From positions 151,301 to 215,300 of the forward strand of contig JAICWS010000001.1 of NCBI GenBank assembly GCA_025934695.1: 64,000 nt of DNA. The letters run 5' to 3'. Made by a program: the position numbers and the translations under genes. Shown here one piece after another: positions 17,351-27,339 of this stretch. The stretch's first letter is position 1. Each line of letters begins with the position of its first letter. The notes under the pieces are model-generated. The model had not been told where the DNA came from, did no database searches, and was given only the letters and a program-made list of their open reading frames with translations. The DNA is from Alphaproteobacteria bacterium. Lineage in GTDB: Bacteria; Pseudomonadota; Alphaproteobacteria; Micavibrionales; UBA2020.

Positions 17351-18688
17351 CTACGCCGCTTTCAGACGCTCCAGCACGCGTTCGCGGCCGATGAGGGGCA
17401 GCAGCTCCTTCAGCTCGGGACCATGGTCCTGTCCGGTGATGGCGGCGCGCAGCGGCATGAAGAGTTCCTTGCCGCGGCGGTTGGTCTTGAGCTTGATCTG
17501 GTCGACCCATTTTTGCCAGGTGGTATTGTCCCAGGGATCGGTCGGCAGCAGGTCGGCCGCGATCTTCGCGAAATCCGCGTCCTGGATCACCGGCTGGACC
17601 GGGCCTTTCGCCACCTGCCACCATTCCTTGATGTCGGAAAGGATCTCGAGGTTCGGGCGGACGGCGTTCCAGAAATGCTCGTCGATTTCGGCGAGGCCGA
17701 GCGCCGCGAGGCGATCCTTCACCGCCGCGAAGGGCGTCTGGTGCAGGATTTTCGCGTTGAGACGATAGAGCTCGTCCTCGTCGAATTTGGGCAGGTTACG
17801 CGAGAATTTCGAGAAATCGAAGCTGTCGATGACCTCCTGCATGGAGAACAAAGGCTCGATCGGATCCGACGTGCCGATGCGCGCGACGAGGGAGATCAGC
17901 GCCATCGGCTCGATGCCGACTTCCTCGCGCAGGCTCTTGATGCCGAAGCCGCCCTTGCGCTTGGAGAGCTTGCCGCCTTCCATGTCGCCCAGCAGCGTGA
18001 CGTGCGCGAACTGCGGCGGCGTCGCGCCGAGCGCCTCGAACATCTGCTTGTGGCAGGCGGTGTTGGTCACATGGTCTTCGCCGCGCACGATGTGCGTGAT
18101 CTTGAAGTCGATGTCGTCGATGACCGAGCAGATGTGATAGAGCGGACGCCCGTCTTCGCGCACGAGCACGGGGTCCGACATATCCTTGCCGTGGAATTCC
18201 ACGTCGCCGCGCACGAGATCGTGCCATTTGATCGGCTCATGCAGCAGCCTGAAGCGCCAGTGCGGCTTGCGTCCTTCGGCCTCAAATTTCGCCCGCTGTT
18301 CGGGCGTCACGTTCAGCGCTTCGCGGTCGTAGATCGGCGGCAGCCCGCGGCTCAGCTGGACCTTGCGTTTCAGCGCGAGTTCTTCTTCCGTCTCATAGCA
18401 GGGATAGAGGCGGCCGTTGTCTTTAAGCTTCTGGATCGTGCACTCGTACTCTGCGGAGCGGTCGCGCTGGCGGGCAAAGCTGTCCCAGTTCAGGCCGAGC
18501 CACTTCAAGCCTTCCATGATGTCTTCGGTATTTTCTTCCTTCGAGCGCACCAGGTCCGTATCGTCGATACGGAGCATGAAAGTGCCCTTGTTCTTGCGCG
18601 CCCAGAGCCAGACGATCAGCGCGGTGCGCGCGCTGCCAACATGGAGCTTCCCGGTGGGGCTGGGTGCAAATCTTCCTGCGACGGTCAT
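17351..18688 (-). CDS. gltX: glutamate--tRNA ligase (short, 445-aa paralogue)
   Basis: RFAPSPTGKLHVGSART (HIGH region) and KLSKR (KMSKS). Confidence 0.92.
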   Translation of the reverse strand: MTVAGRFAPSPTGKLHVGSARTALIVWLWARKNKGTFMLRIDDTDLVRSKEENTEDIMEGLKWLGLNWDSFARQRDRSAEYECTIQKLKDNGRLYPCYETEEELALKRKVQLSRGLPPIYDREALNVTPEQRAKFEAEGRKPHWRFRLLHEPIKWHDLVRGDVEFHGKDMSDPVLVREDGRPLYHICSVIDDIDFKITHIVRGEDHVTNTACHKQMFEALGATPPQFAHVTLLGDMEGGKLSKRKGGFGIKSLREEVGIEPMALISLVARIGTSDPIEPLFSMQEVIDSFDFSKFSRNLPKFDEDELYRLNAKILHQTPFAAVKDRLAALGLAEIDEHFWNAVRPNLEILSDIKEWWQVAKGPVQPVIQDADFAKIAADLLPTDPWDNTTWQKWVDQIKLKTNRRGKELFMPLRAAITGQDHGPELKELLPLIGRERVLERLKAA

Positions 18689-18777
18689 TTCTTCTAAAGT
18701 CCCTCAAATTACAGAAAAACCAATATACTATAGATAAAGCAAAAGCCAAGCGGATATTAGGGTAAATACACTCCTGA

Positions 18778-19758
18778 TTACTTCGCGAACTGCGAGAAAA
18801 ACTTCCACATCTCATCGCCGGTTTCGATGTCGTGGACGCGCGGGCCGAGGAACGCGTTCCAGCGGTCGTCGCCCGCGGTGGAGGGTGCCTGGTGGCCGCT
18901 GCCCTGCAGCGTATAGAGCGACACCTGCGTTCCTTCCGCGCACTTGTTGAAAGTTTCCGAGGTGACGCGCGTCGTGTCGTCGGCGCGCTGGTGCTTGAAT
19001 TCTTTTTTCACCGAAACATCGCTGCAGCGGTTCGCGCGCTTCCAGAAATCCACCGTGTCCGCCACAGACAGATAAGTGGAGAAAGGATCCGGATCCTTGA
19101 TGCCGGCCCAGGGAACAAGCGTATCGTCCGTCGCATCGAGGATCAGCATCGGCATCGGCTGCGGGCGGGCGCAATGGCGGCTGACAGGTTCGGTGATGGT
19201 TGCGATCACGGCGGCCATCGCGGCGTATTTCTGCGGTCTTTCGCAGGCCATTAGGAACACCATCTGCCCGCCGCGCGAAACGCCGGCAAGAAAGACGCGC
19301 CGCGGATCGGCAATCTGTTTCTTCACCAGATCGTCGGCGACGCCGTCGATGAAATCCATGTCGGCGAGGGCCTTCTCGGCGCGGGCGTCCTTGTGGAGCA
19401 GGGCGGAAGGGGCGATGGTCCAGGCCCGGTCGATGCCGTTGGGATAGGCGACGGCGAAGCCGTAGCGCCGCGCGAAGACGTCGATATTCGTCCGATAGCG
19501 CGCGACCTTCGCGTTTTCCTCCAGCCCGTGCAGGAGAATGACGAGCGGAACGGGCGTCTTTTCATGGGTCTGCACCGGCGCCGTCAGCTCGTAACTGCGT
19601 TCGACGCCGCGGATCATCAGTTTGTGGCTGGAAAGCTCGATCTCGTCCCACCAGGTGCGCATGAAGGCGACATTGACAATGAAGCCCAGGACAATCGTGC
19701 CCATAAAGATGAACACAAGGCCTTTGGTCTGGAGCCGGGGATGAATGCGGTGTCTCAT
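18778..19758 (-). CDS. PHB-depolymerase-family esterase (alpha/beta hydrolase)
   Basis: VILLHGLEEN..., nucleophile-elbow-like GVSRGG, and an N-terminal membrane anchor/signal after Met at 19758. The track start 19869 adds 37 aa without an SD. Confidence 0.6.
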   Translation of the reverse strand: MRHRIHPRLQTKGLVFIFMGTIVLGFIVNVAFMRTWWDEIELSSHKLMIRGVERSYELTAPVQTHEKTPVPLVILLHGLEENAKVARYRTNIDVFARRYGFAVAYPNGIDRAWTIAPSALLHKDARAEKALADMDFIDGVADDLVKKQIADPRRVFLAGVSRGGQMVFLMACERPQKYAAMAAVIATITEPVSRHCARPQPMPMLILDATDDTLVPWAGIKDPDPFSTYLSVADTVDFWKRANRCSDVSVKKEFKHQRADDTTRVTSETFNKCAEGTQVSLYTLQGSGHQAPSTAGDDRWNAFLGPRVHDIETGDEMWKFFSQFAK

Positions 19759-19908
19759 GCCTCGTCCATCATAAGCGAAGGAGGAGGGGCCGCGGTACAG
19801 CGGATATATTTTACCTAATAAGTCAGCTGAAATCCGCCTTTCGGAATGAATATGCCTTGCGAAAGGCAATCATTTTTCCTATTTATGATAGGCTTTAGGG
19901 CTTGACAG

Positions 19909-19993
<85 letters not shown>

Positions 19994-20049
19994 GTCTTCG
20001 CCCCTTCGGGGGCTTCGACTTGGCACGCCCGTTTTAAAAAAGGCGAAGA

Positions 20050-20085
20050 CTGTCACGCCGTAGCGTAGCGAAGGCGGACCGGCTC
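20050..20085. repeat. 36-nt dispersed repeat, copy 1 (downstream of tRNA-Leu)
   Basis: CTGTCACGCCGTAGCGTAGCGAAGGCGGACCGGCTC. Compare 26594-26629. Confidence 0.6.
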
Positions 20086-20132
20086 AGGTTAAAGAGCTTA
20101 GGCGGAATACAGGAAAGAAAAGAAAGTTGACC

Positions 20133-21602
20133 ATGCAGATCACACAGACCAAACAGGAAGACCTCAAGCGCGAATTCACCGTCACGATGTCGGCGGAGGA
20201 GATCGACCAGAAAATCAACGAGCGCCTCTCCGAGCTCGGCAAGACGGTCAAGATGCCCGGCTTCCGTCCCGGCAAGGTTCCGCTCAAGCTCCTGAAGAGC
20301 AAGTACGGCAAGGCCGTGATGGGCGAGGTGCTGGAAAGCGCGGTCAATGACTCGACGCTGAAGGCGATCAACGAAAACAGCCTGCGCCCCGCGATGCGCC
20401 CGAAGATCGAAGTGAAGACCTTCGACGAAGCCAAAGGCCTCGAGTATACGATGGCGATCGAGATCCTGCCCGAGATCAAGGTCATGGACCTCGCCACGAT
20501 CAAGCTCGAGAAACTCGTCTCGACGCCCGAGAAGAAAACGGTCACCGAAGCAATTGAGCGCATCGCCGACGCGAACAAGACCAGCGAGAAGGTCGAGGAA
20601 AATCGCGCCGCGAAAATCGGCGACATCGTCGTGATCGATTTCGACGGCACCGTCGACGGCAAGCCGTTCCCTGGCATGAAGGGCAACGACTTCCCGCTCG
20701 AGCTCGGTTCCAAGAGCTTCATCGAAGGCTTCGAAGACCAGCTCGTCGGAGCGAAAGTCGGCGATGAGAAGCTCGTGAAAGTCACGTTCCCCGCGGACTA
20801 TGCGCACGACAAGCTGCGCGGCGTGGCGGCGGAATTCAAAGTCAACGTGAAAGAGCTGCGCAAGCCTGCCAAGCCCGCGCTCGACGACGAGTTCGCGAAG
20901 AAGCTCGGTTTCGAGGATTTCTCGAAGATCGAGGAAGTCGTGACCAAGCAGATCCAGGGCGAATACGACCAGCTCGCGCGCCTGAATCTCAAGCGTGCGC
21001 TGCTCGACGTGCTCGACGAACAACACAACTTCGCCGTTCCTGCCGGTATGGTCGATTCCGAATTCCAGGGAATCTGGCAGCAGCTCAAAGGCCACGAGCA
21101 CGCGCATGATGATCCTCATCACGTGCATGGCCCCGACTGCAACCACGAAGCCGAAGGCTCGGAAGAAGAGAAGGAAGAGTATCGAGCGATTGCCGAACGC
21201 CGCGTGAAACTGGGCCTCGTCCTGGCGGAAGTTGGCAGAATCAACAAGGTCGAAGTGACCAACCAGGAGCTTCAGCAGGCTGTCATCAACGAGGCCCGCA
21301 AGTACCCCGGAAAAGAGCGTCAAGTATTTGAATATTATCAACAAAACCCGCAGGCGCTCGAGGCGGTAAAGGCTCCGATTTACGAAGATAAAGTTGTTGA
21401 CTTTATTCTGGAAAGGTCTACTATCGACAACCGTCAAGTCACCATCGAAGAACTGACAAAGGCATCTGAACAGGAACCGCCGAAGAAAGCGAAGTCCGCG
21501 TCCAGCGCCAAGAAAAGCTCAGTTTCTGCGAAAGAAGAAAATAACTCTTCTGAAGGTGAGGGCGAAACAAAAGAAGCTAAGAAGTCAGGCAAAAAGAAAT
21601 AA
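20133..21602 (+). CDS. tig: trigger factor
   Basis: GFRPGKVP ribosome-binding motif and FKBP-type PPIase core. ATG 20133 (track TTG 20127). Unusual 50-aa Lys/Ser/Glu-rich C-terminal tail. Confidence 0.93.
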   Translation: MQITQTKQEDLKREFTVTMSAEEIDQKINERLSELGKTVKMPGFRPGKVPLKLLKSKYGKAVMGEVLESAVNDSTLKAINENSLRPAMRPKIEVKTFDEAKGLEYTMAIEILPEIKVMDLATIKLEKLVSTPEKKTVTEAIERIADANKTSEKVEENRAAKIGDIVVIDFDGTVDGKPFPGMKGNDFPLELGSKSFIEGFEDQLVGAKVGDEKLVKVTFPADYAHDKLRGVAAEFKVNVKELRKPAKPALDDEFAKKLGFEDFSKIEEVVTKQIQGEYDQLARLNLKRALLDVLDEQHNFAVPAGMVDSEFQGIWQQLKGHEHAHDDPHHVHGPDCNHEAEGSEEEKEEYRAIAERRVKLGLVLAEVGRINKVEVTNQELQQAVINEARKYPGKERQVFEYYQQNPQALEAVKAPIYEDKVVDFILERSTIDNRQVTIEELTKASEQEPPKKAKSASSAKKSSVSAKEENNSSEGEGETKEAKKSGKKK

Positions 21603-21721
21603 ATTGCATTTCGGCTTCGAATTTACCAAAATGCCTAAACATAAAAAAACGGGCAGGTAAATAGACTGGGTGAAGGCACAAGAACGAGTACTAGTTATAG
21701 CAAGGAAAGGCACGTACTACG

Positions 21722-22834
21722 ATGGCACAAGAGAACAAGAAAGAGAATTTCGATCCCGCGCGGCTGCAGTACATTAGCGAAAAGGGTTTGCAATATTTCA
21801 ACCAGATGATGGAAGCCGAGCGTTCCGGCAAGCCGATTCAAGACATCATGGATGTCGCTGGTCTCGACGCCCTTCGCCGTTTCACCAACTCCGCGAAGGA
21901 AGCGGCGACGTTTGGACAAGACGGTCCGTCAGCGCCCAGAGGGGCAATCGTCCCCACGGTTACCGAAATGCAGCCCGATGGCCGCATGGTCGGTTATGAC
22001 CTTTTCTCGCTGCTCATGAAGCAGCGCGTCGTCCTGCTGGAAGGCCAGGTTGATGACACGATGGCGTCGATCGCCTGCGCGTCGCTCCTGTACCTGAAAT
22101 CCGAAGTCTGCCCGAACCACGAAGACCCGATCACGGTTCACATCAATTCCCCGGGCGGTTCGGTGCTCGCCGGTCTCGCGATCTACGACGTCATGCGTTC
22201 CATCAAGCCGAAAATCGTCACCATCGGCTATGGCATGCAGGCATCGATGGGTTCCATCCTCCTCGCCGCAGGCGACGAGCGCATGATGACCCGCAACTCG
22301 AACCTCATGATCCACCAGATTTCCGGCGGCAACGAAGGCAAAGCTTCGGCCATGGAAATCAACATGGCGTTTTCCGAACAGCTGCATGAGACGCTCAAGA
22401 ACATCTACGTCCGCCACGTCGGCCTGACGCATGAGTTCTGGGATCTCGCGCTCGAACACGACACCTGGCTGTCGGCCGATCAGGCGAAGAAAATGGGCTT
22501 CATCCACAAGATCATCGTGGGCGACGCCAAGCCGACTCCTTACGAAAAAGACTCGGTCCGCACCAAATTCCAGGACGCGGCCGAAGCGCAAGTGCCGAAG
22601 ACGGTCGATGAAATCGTCGCCGTCGTCAACAGCGTCAGCGCCGAGCAGGGCAAATGGTCGAAACTGCGCCCGCAGCTGATCACGGCTATGTCGCAATATC
22701 CCCGCTTCTGGACGGAAACCAAGAAGGAAGAGGAAGCCGCCAAGGCGGCCGCCGCCGCGTCGGCGAAGTCGCCTGCCAACGACGACAAGGTGTCCGCACC
22801 TGCCGCGTCGAAAAGCGGGCCGACCGTCCTCTAA
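21722..22834 (+). CDS. atypical ClpP-family serine protease with long N- and C-terminal extensions
   Basis: The core aligns with the adjacent ClpP. The axial-loop region IVPTVTEMQPDGRMVGYDLFSLL and the triad contexts GMQASMGS, MIHQI and EHDTWLS are retained. Roughly 70 extra aa at the N-terminus and 100 extra aa (Ala/Lys-rich) at the C-terminus. Confidence 0.8.
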   Translation: MAQENKKENFDPARLQYISEKGLQYFNQMMEAERSGKPIQDIMDVAGLDALRRFTNSAKEAATFGQDGPSAPRGAIVPTVTEMQPDGRMVGYDLFSLLMKQRVVLLEGQVDDTMASIACASLLYLKSEVCPNHEDPITVHINSPGGSVLAGLAIYDVMRSIKPKIVTIGYGMQASMGSILLAAGDERMMTRNSNLMIHQISGGNEGKASAMEINMAFSEQLHETLKNIYVRHVGLTHEFWDLALEHDTWLSADQAKKMGFIHKIIVGDAKPTPYEKDSVRTKFQDAAEAQVPKTVDEIVAVVNSVSAEQGKWSKLRPQLITAMSQYPRFWTETKKEEEAAKAAAAASAKSPANDDKVSAPAASKSGPTVL

Positions 22835-22872
22835 AATAGGACTTTCCGTTCGTTAACGATCCTTGCTAATAT

Positions 22873-22910
22873 GAGATGGCCGGTCTAACCGCTGGCCATC
22901 TCTTTTTCTT
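22873..22910 (+). terminator. rho-independent terminator between the two clpP genes
   Basis: GAGATGGCC...GGCCATCTC stem followed by TTTTTCTTT. Confidence 0.65.
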
Positions 22911-22955
22911 TGCCCTGATGGGGCTATATAATAATAAACAGCAAGGGGAAGTCCC

Positions 22956-23591
22956 ATGACCTATCAATCCGAACAAGCCAGCATGCTCGTTCCTATCGTC
23001 ATCGAGCAGACCGCGCGCGGCGAGCGCTCCTATGACATCTATTCGCGCCTCCTGAAGGAACGCATCATCATGCTGTCGGGCCCGGTCAACGACGCGGTGT
23101 CGAGCCTTGTGTGCGCCCAGCTCCTGTTCCTGGAGTCCGAGAACCCGAAGAAAGACATTTACCTCTACATCAACTCGCCGGGCGGCGTCGTGACCTCCGG
23201 TCTCGCGATGTACGATACGATGCAATACATCAAGCCCCAGGTGGCCACGGTCTGCATCGGCCAGGCCTGCTCCATGGGCTCGCTGCTGCTCTGCGCGGGC
23301 GCGGCCGGCAAGCGTTTCAGCCTGCCCAATTCCCGCATCATGGTGCACCAGCCCTCGGGCGGCGCCCAAGGCCAGGCGACGGATATCGAAATCCACGCCA
23401 AGGAGATCTTAAGCCTCCGCAAGCGCCTGAACGAAATCTATGTCAAGCACACCGGCAAGAAGATCAACCAAATCGAGGAAGCCCTCGAGCGCGACCGTTT
23501 CATGTCACCCGAAGAAGCCAAGGCTTTCGGCCTGATCGACCAGATCGTTGAAAAACAGCCCTTCGGCAACGAAGACAAAAAGGCCGCTTAA
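22956..23591 (+). CDS. clpP: ATP-dependent Clp protease proteolytic subunit
   Basis: 211 aa. Canonical [19 protein letters not shown]. Confidence 0.96.
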   Translation: MTYQSEQASMLVPIVIEQTARGERSYDIYSRLLKERIIMLSGPVNDAVSSLVCAQLLFLESENPKKDIYLYINSPGGVVTSGLAMYDTMQYIKPQVATVCIGQACSMGSLLLCAGAAGKRFSLPNSRIMVHQPSGGAQGQATDIEIHAKEILSLRKRLNEIYVKHTGKKINQIEEALERDRFMSPEEAKAFGLIDQIVEKQPFGNEDKKAA

Positions 23592-23612
23592 ACTCCTTTT
23601 GCACACGATTTT

Positions 23613-23653
23613 GCGGGCCTTCCCTGTCGAAAGGGAGGCCCGCAGGCATTTTT
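23613..23653 (+). terminator. terminator-like hairpin after clpP
   Basis: GCGGGCCTTCCC-TGTCGAAA-GGGAGGCCCGC, then AGGCATTTTT. Confidence 0.55.
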
Positions 23654-23964
23654 AGCCTCTTTTTCGCTCCGCTTGGCTCCGATTTTGAAACTTTTGGAGC
23701 ATCCGGTCGTTAGTATTCCGCCGTATAAGGAACGATCCAGTAAGAGAATTGTGGAATTCTTTTTACATATACTGCGAAATATAAATAACCGTTAACTTTC
23801 GTGTTGCAGGCTTGTAAATGGTTAAAACTTCTCTAGCTGATATGTTATAAGGGCAAAAACGCCTCGAAACCGTCAAAAAAACCTCAGAATCCACCTAAAT
23901 TTGCCAAAAATAAACCATTCACAGGCATAATCTACTTACAAGAGCGTGTAAAAAAGGGAACAGA

Positions 23965-26367
23965 ATGCAAGAAGAAATAGCCACGTCCGGCACGAAACAC
24001 CCTGTCCTGCCTCTCAGAGACATCGTTGTTTTTCCACATATGATCGTGCCGCTGTTCGTCGGCCGCGAAAAATCTGTCAAAGCGCTCGAAAGCGCCATGC
24101 AGGACAACCGCCAGGTTCTCCTGGTCACCCAGAAATCGGCGCAGCAGGACGATCCCGGCGCGGGCGATCTTTATAACATCGGCACGCTCGGCACGGTGCT
24201 GCAGCTCCTCAAACTGCCCGACGGCACGGTAAAAGTGCTGGTCGAGGGCCAGAAACGCGCGAAAATCAAATCCTATACCGACAAGGCCGACTATTTCGAA
24301 GCCGTCGCCGAGATCATCGAAGAACGCACCGTCACGGGCGATGCGATCGAGGGGCTGATGCGCGCCTGCGTGTCGCAGTTCGACCAGTATGTGAAGCTGA
24401 ACAAGAAAATTCCGCCCGAAATCATCACTTCGATCGGCCAGATCGATAATCCCCATAAGCTAGCGGACACGGTCGCATCGCACCTGTCGCTCAAGATTCC
24501 CGACCGCCAGAAGCTGCTGGAGATCGCCGGCGTCGCCGAGCGGCTCGAGCAGATATTCTCCTTCATGGAAGGCGAAATCAGCGTCCTCGAGGTCGAAAAG
24601 CGCATCCGCGGCCGCGTCAAGCGCCAGATGGAGAAGACACAGCGCGAGTATTACCTCAACGAGCAGATGAAAGCGATCCAGAAGGAGCTCAACGAGGGCG
24701 AAGACGGCGTCGACGAGCTCACCGAAATCGAGCAGAAGATCAAGAAGGCGCGCATGACCAAGGAAGCGAAGGTGAAAGCCAACGCCGAATTGAAGAAACT
24801 GCGCCAGATGAGCCCGATGTCCGCCGAAGCGACGGTTGTGCGCAACTATCTCGACTGGATGCTGGGCGTTCCCTGGGCCAAGCGCTCGAAAGTCCTCAAG
24901 GACCTGAAATTCGCCGAAAGCGTGCTGGACAAGGACCATTACGGTCTCGAAAAGGTCAAGGAACGCATTCTTGAATACCTTGCCGTGCAACACCGCGCCA
25001 ACAAGGTGAAGGGCCCGATCCTGTGCCTCGTCGGCCCGCCCGGCGTTGGTAAAACCTCGCTCGGCAAGTCGATCGCGAAAGCCACGAACCGCAACTTCGT
25101 GCGCATGTCGCTGGGCGGCGTGCGGGATGAATCCGAAATCCGCGGCCACCGCCGCACTTATATCGGCTCTATGCCCGGACGCATCATCCAGGGCATGAAA
25201 AAGGCGAAGACCTCGAACCCGCTGTTCCTGCTCGACGAAGTCGACAAGCTCGCGCACGACTGGCGCGGCGATCCGGCGGCGGCGCTGCTCGAAGTCCTGG
25301 ACCCCGAGCAGAACCACACGTTCAACGACCATTATCTCGAGGTCGACTATGACCTGTCGGACGTGATGTTCATCTGCACCGCCAACACGCTCGACCTGCC
25401 GCGGCCCCTGCTGGACCGCATGGAGATCATCCGCGTTTCCGGTTACACCGAGGACGAGAAGGTCGAAATCGCCAAGCGTCACCTGCTCAGCAAGATTCTG
25501 ACGGCGAACGGCCTCAAGAAGGACGAGTTCACGATTTCCGACACGGCGATCCGCCACGTCATCCGCCACTACACGCGGGAAGCGGGCGTCCGCAACCTCG
25601 AGCGCGAACTCTCCAACCTCGCGCGCAAGGCGATCAAGGAAATCATGATGGGCAAGAAGACCTCCATCAGCGTCACGCCGAAGAACGTCGAGAAATACGC
25701 AGGCGTCCCGCGCTTCCGCTTCGGCATGGCGGAAGAGCAGGACCGCATCGGCATGGTCACGGGCCTCGCCTGGACCGAAGTCGGCGGCGAGCTGCTGCAG
25801 ATCGAGTCCGTCACCTTCCCGGGCGGCAAGGGCAAGGTCTCCATGACCGGCAAGCTGGGCGATGTGATGAAAGAGTCGATCCAGGTCGCCGAGATGCTGG
25901 TGAAATCCCGCAGCCACGCGCTGGGCATAAAACAGGAGATCCTCGACCAGACTGGTATCCACGTGCACGTGCCCGAGGGCGCCACGCCCAAGGACGGCCC
26001 CTCGGCCGGTATCGCGATGGTCACCTCGATCGTCTCCTGCCTGACCGGCATCGCCGTGCGCAAGAACGTCGCGATGACGGGCGAGGTCGATCTGCTCGGC
26101 CAGGTTCTGCCCATCGGCGGTCTCAAGGAAAAACTCCTGGCGGCCCTGCGCGGCGGCATTACGAAGGTGCTGATCCCGAAGGAAAACGTCAAGGATCTCA
26201 GTGAGATACCGGATAACGTGAAGAAAGGGATGGAGATCGTGCCTGTGACGGCAATCACAGAAGTTCTCTCGCACGCGCTCACCCGCATGCCAGAGCCCGT
26301 CGAAGACAAGCCGGGCGAGGTCGCGCGCAGCACCGATGGCAAGGAAGAAGACGTCCTCCACCACTGA
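23965..26367 (+). CDS. lon: endopeptidase La (Lon protease)
   Basis: 800 aa. Lon N-domain, Walker [10 protein letters not shown], catalytic Ser context [11 protein letters not shown]. Confidence 0.97.
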   Translation: MQEEIATSGTKHPVLPLRDIVVFPHMIVPLFVGREKSVKALESAMQDNRQVLLVTQKSAQQDDPGAGDLYNIGTLGTVLQLLKLPDGTVKVLVEGQKRAKIKSYTDKADYFEAVAEIIEERTVTGDAIEGLMRACVSQFDQYVKLNKKIPPEIITSIGQIDNPHKLADTVASHLSLKIPDRQKLLEIAGVAERLEQIFSFMEGEISVLEVEKRIRGRVKRQMEKTQREYYLNEQMKAIQKELNEGEDGVDELTEIEQKIKKARMTKEAKVKANAELKKLRQMSPMSAEATVVRNYLDWMLGVPWAKRSKVLKDLKFAESVLDKDHYGLEKVKERILEYLAVQHRANKVKGPILCLVGPPGVGKTSLGKSIAKATNRNFVRMSLGGVRDESEIRGHRRTYIGSMPGRIIQGMKKAKTSNPLFLLDEVDKLAHDWRGDPAAALLEVLDPEQNHTFNDHYLEVDYDLSDVMFICTANTLDLPRPLLDRMEIIRVSGYTEDEKVEIAKRHLLSKILTANGLKKDEFTISDTAIRHVIRHYTREAGVRNLERELSNLARKAIKEIMMGKKTSISVTPKNVEKYAGVPRFRFGMAEEQDRIGMVTGLAWTEVGGELLQIESVTFPGGKGKVSMTGKLGDVMKESIQVAEMLVKSRSHALGIKQEILDQTGIHVHVPEGATPKDGPSAGIAMVTSIVSCLTGIAVRKNVAMTGEVDLLGQVLPIGGLKEKLLAALRGGITKVLIPKENVKDLSEIPDNVKKGMEIVPVTAITEVLSHALTRMPEPVEDKPGEVARSTDGKEEDVLHH

Positions 26368-26392
26368 GCAAGCTGAATTTCTTCTCTAAAAA

Positions 26393-26428
26393 GCAGCCGG
26401 ATATGATTGATCCGGCTGCTTTTATTTT
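26393..26428 (+). terminator. rho-independent terminator after lon
   Basis: GCAGCCGGAT-ATGATT-GATCCGGCTGC followed by TTTTATTTT. Confidence 0.75.
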
Positions 26429-26485
26429 GCCGGACTTGACTTGGCAGGTGCGGCTGGAATATCAATGATTTCTTCAGGCTGGCAA

Positions 26486-26560
26486 GGGTGCTTAGCTCAG
26501 CGGTAGAGCGTCTCGTTTACACCGAGAATGTCGGGAGTTCAATCCTCTCAGCACCCACCA
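26486..26560 (+). tRNA. tRNA-Val (anticodon TAC)
   Basis: GGGTGCT/AGCACCC acceptor stem, anticodon loop TTTACAC, GGAGTTCAATCCTC T-arm, encoded CCA. 75 nt. Confidence 0.93.
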
Positions 26561-26593
26561 GCCTACGCTTTCATTAAATTCATGACTCGCAGG

Positions 26594-26629
26594 CTGTCCG
26601 CCGTAGCTTTGGCGAAGGCGGACCGGCTC
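26594..26629. repeat. 36-nt dispersed repeat, copy 2 (downstream of tRNA-Val)
   Basis: CTGTCCGCCGTAGCTTTGGCGAAGGCGGACCGGCTC. Contains the hairpin GTCCGCC...GGCGGAC. Confidence 0.6.
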
Positions 26630-26719
26630 TATTGCGTCGGCTTCGGCTGGCGCCCATTTTTCCATTGATTAAAAGAAGAAATTATATTATACATAATATT
26701 CCAAATTTGAATATTGAAC

Positions 26720-27334
26720 ATGGCTTTCAAAGACCTCTTCCAAATATTTTCCGTTTCCGGGGATGATAGCTTCGCCCGGATGATCAAGGCATGCCGCGAG
26801 GGAAATCTTCCCGCGGTACGCGAGATCGTAGAGCAGAAACGGGAGGCCGTCGCCGCTGTCGATTGGTACGGCCTGACCGGATTGCATCGCGCGGCGGGCG
26901 ACGCCAACCTGCCGCTGGCGTCGTTCCTGCTGGATCACGGCGCCAATCCGATGGCGAAAAGCAATGCCAACAACACGCCGCTCCACTATGCCGCCGCCGG
27001 CGGATCGACAGATATCATAGAGATGTTGATTGCGAGGGGCGCAGCCGTCGACGCGGCGAATGACGACGGCAAAACGCCGCTCGTACGTGCCATCGAAGCG
27101 AACCAGGCCGCCTGCGCCATGGCGCTCATCATGAAAGGCGCCAACACAAAAAGCCGCGCCGTGACATCCGCCTGCAAAAAGGCCAGCCCTGAATTCGCCA
27201 AGCAGCTGGACGCGGCAATCAACACAGTCCAATCCGAAGCGATCGTCCTGACGCTGGGTGAAGGGGCGCAACAGCGGGTGGATACTTTTAAAAAACCTAT
27301 CCATTTCAAGCGGCCAGAAGCGCCCGTCGCCTGA
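26720..27334 (+). CDS. ankyrin-repeat protein (about 4 repeats)
   Basis: Repeated G.T.LH.AA..G......LL..GA motifs (GLTGLHRAAGDANLPLASFLLDHGANP, NNTPLHYAAAGGSTDIIEMLIARGAAV, GKTPLVRAIEANQ...). ATG 26720. Confidence 0.85.
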   Translation: MAFKDLFQIFSVSGDDSFARMIKACREGNLPAVREIVEQKREAVAAVDWYGLTGLHRAAGDANLPLASFLLDHGANPMAKSNANNTPLHYAAAGGSTDIIEMLIARGAAVDAANDDGKTPLVRAIEANQAACAMALIMKGANTKSRAVTSACKKASPEFAKQLDAAINTVQSEAIVLTLGEGAQQRVDTFKKPIHFKRPEAPVA

Positions 27335-27339
27335 TCGCC

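Noticed and set aside
23654-23964. Heat-shock (sigma32-type, CTTG-N17-CYTATNT) promoter in front of lon and clpP.
   Set aside because: CTTG motifs are present (for example near 23811), but none has a convincing -10 element at the right distance. This cannot be supported by eye.
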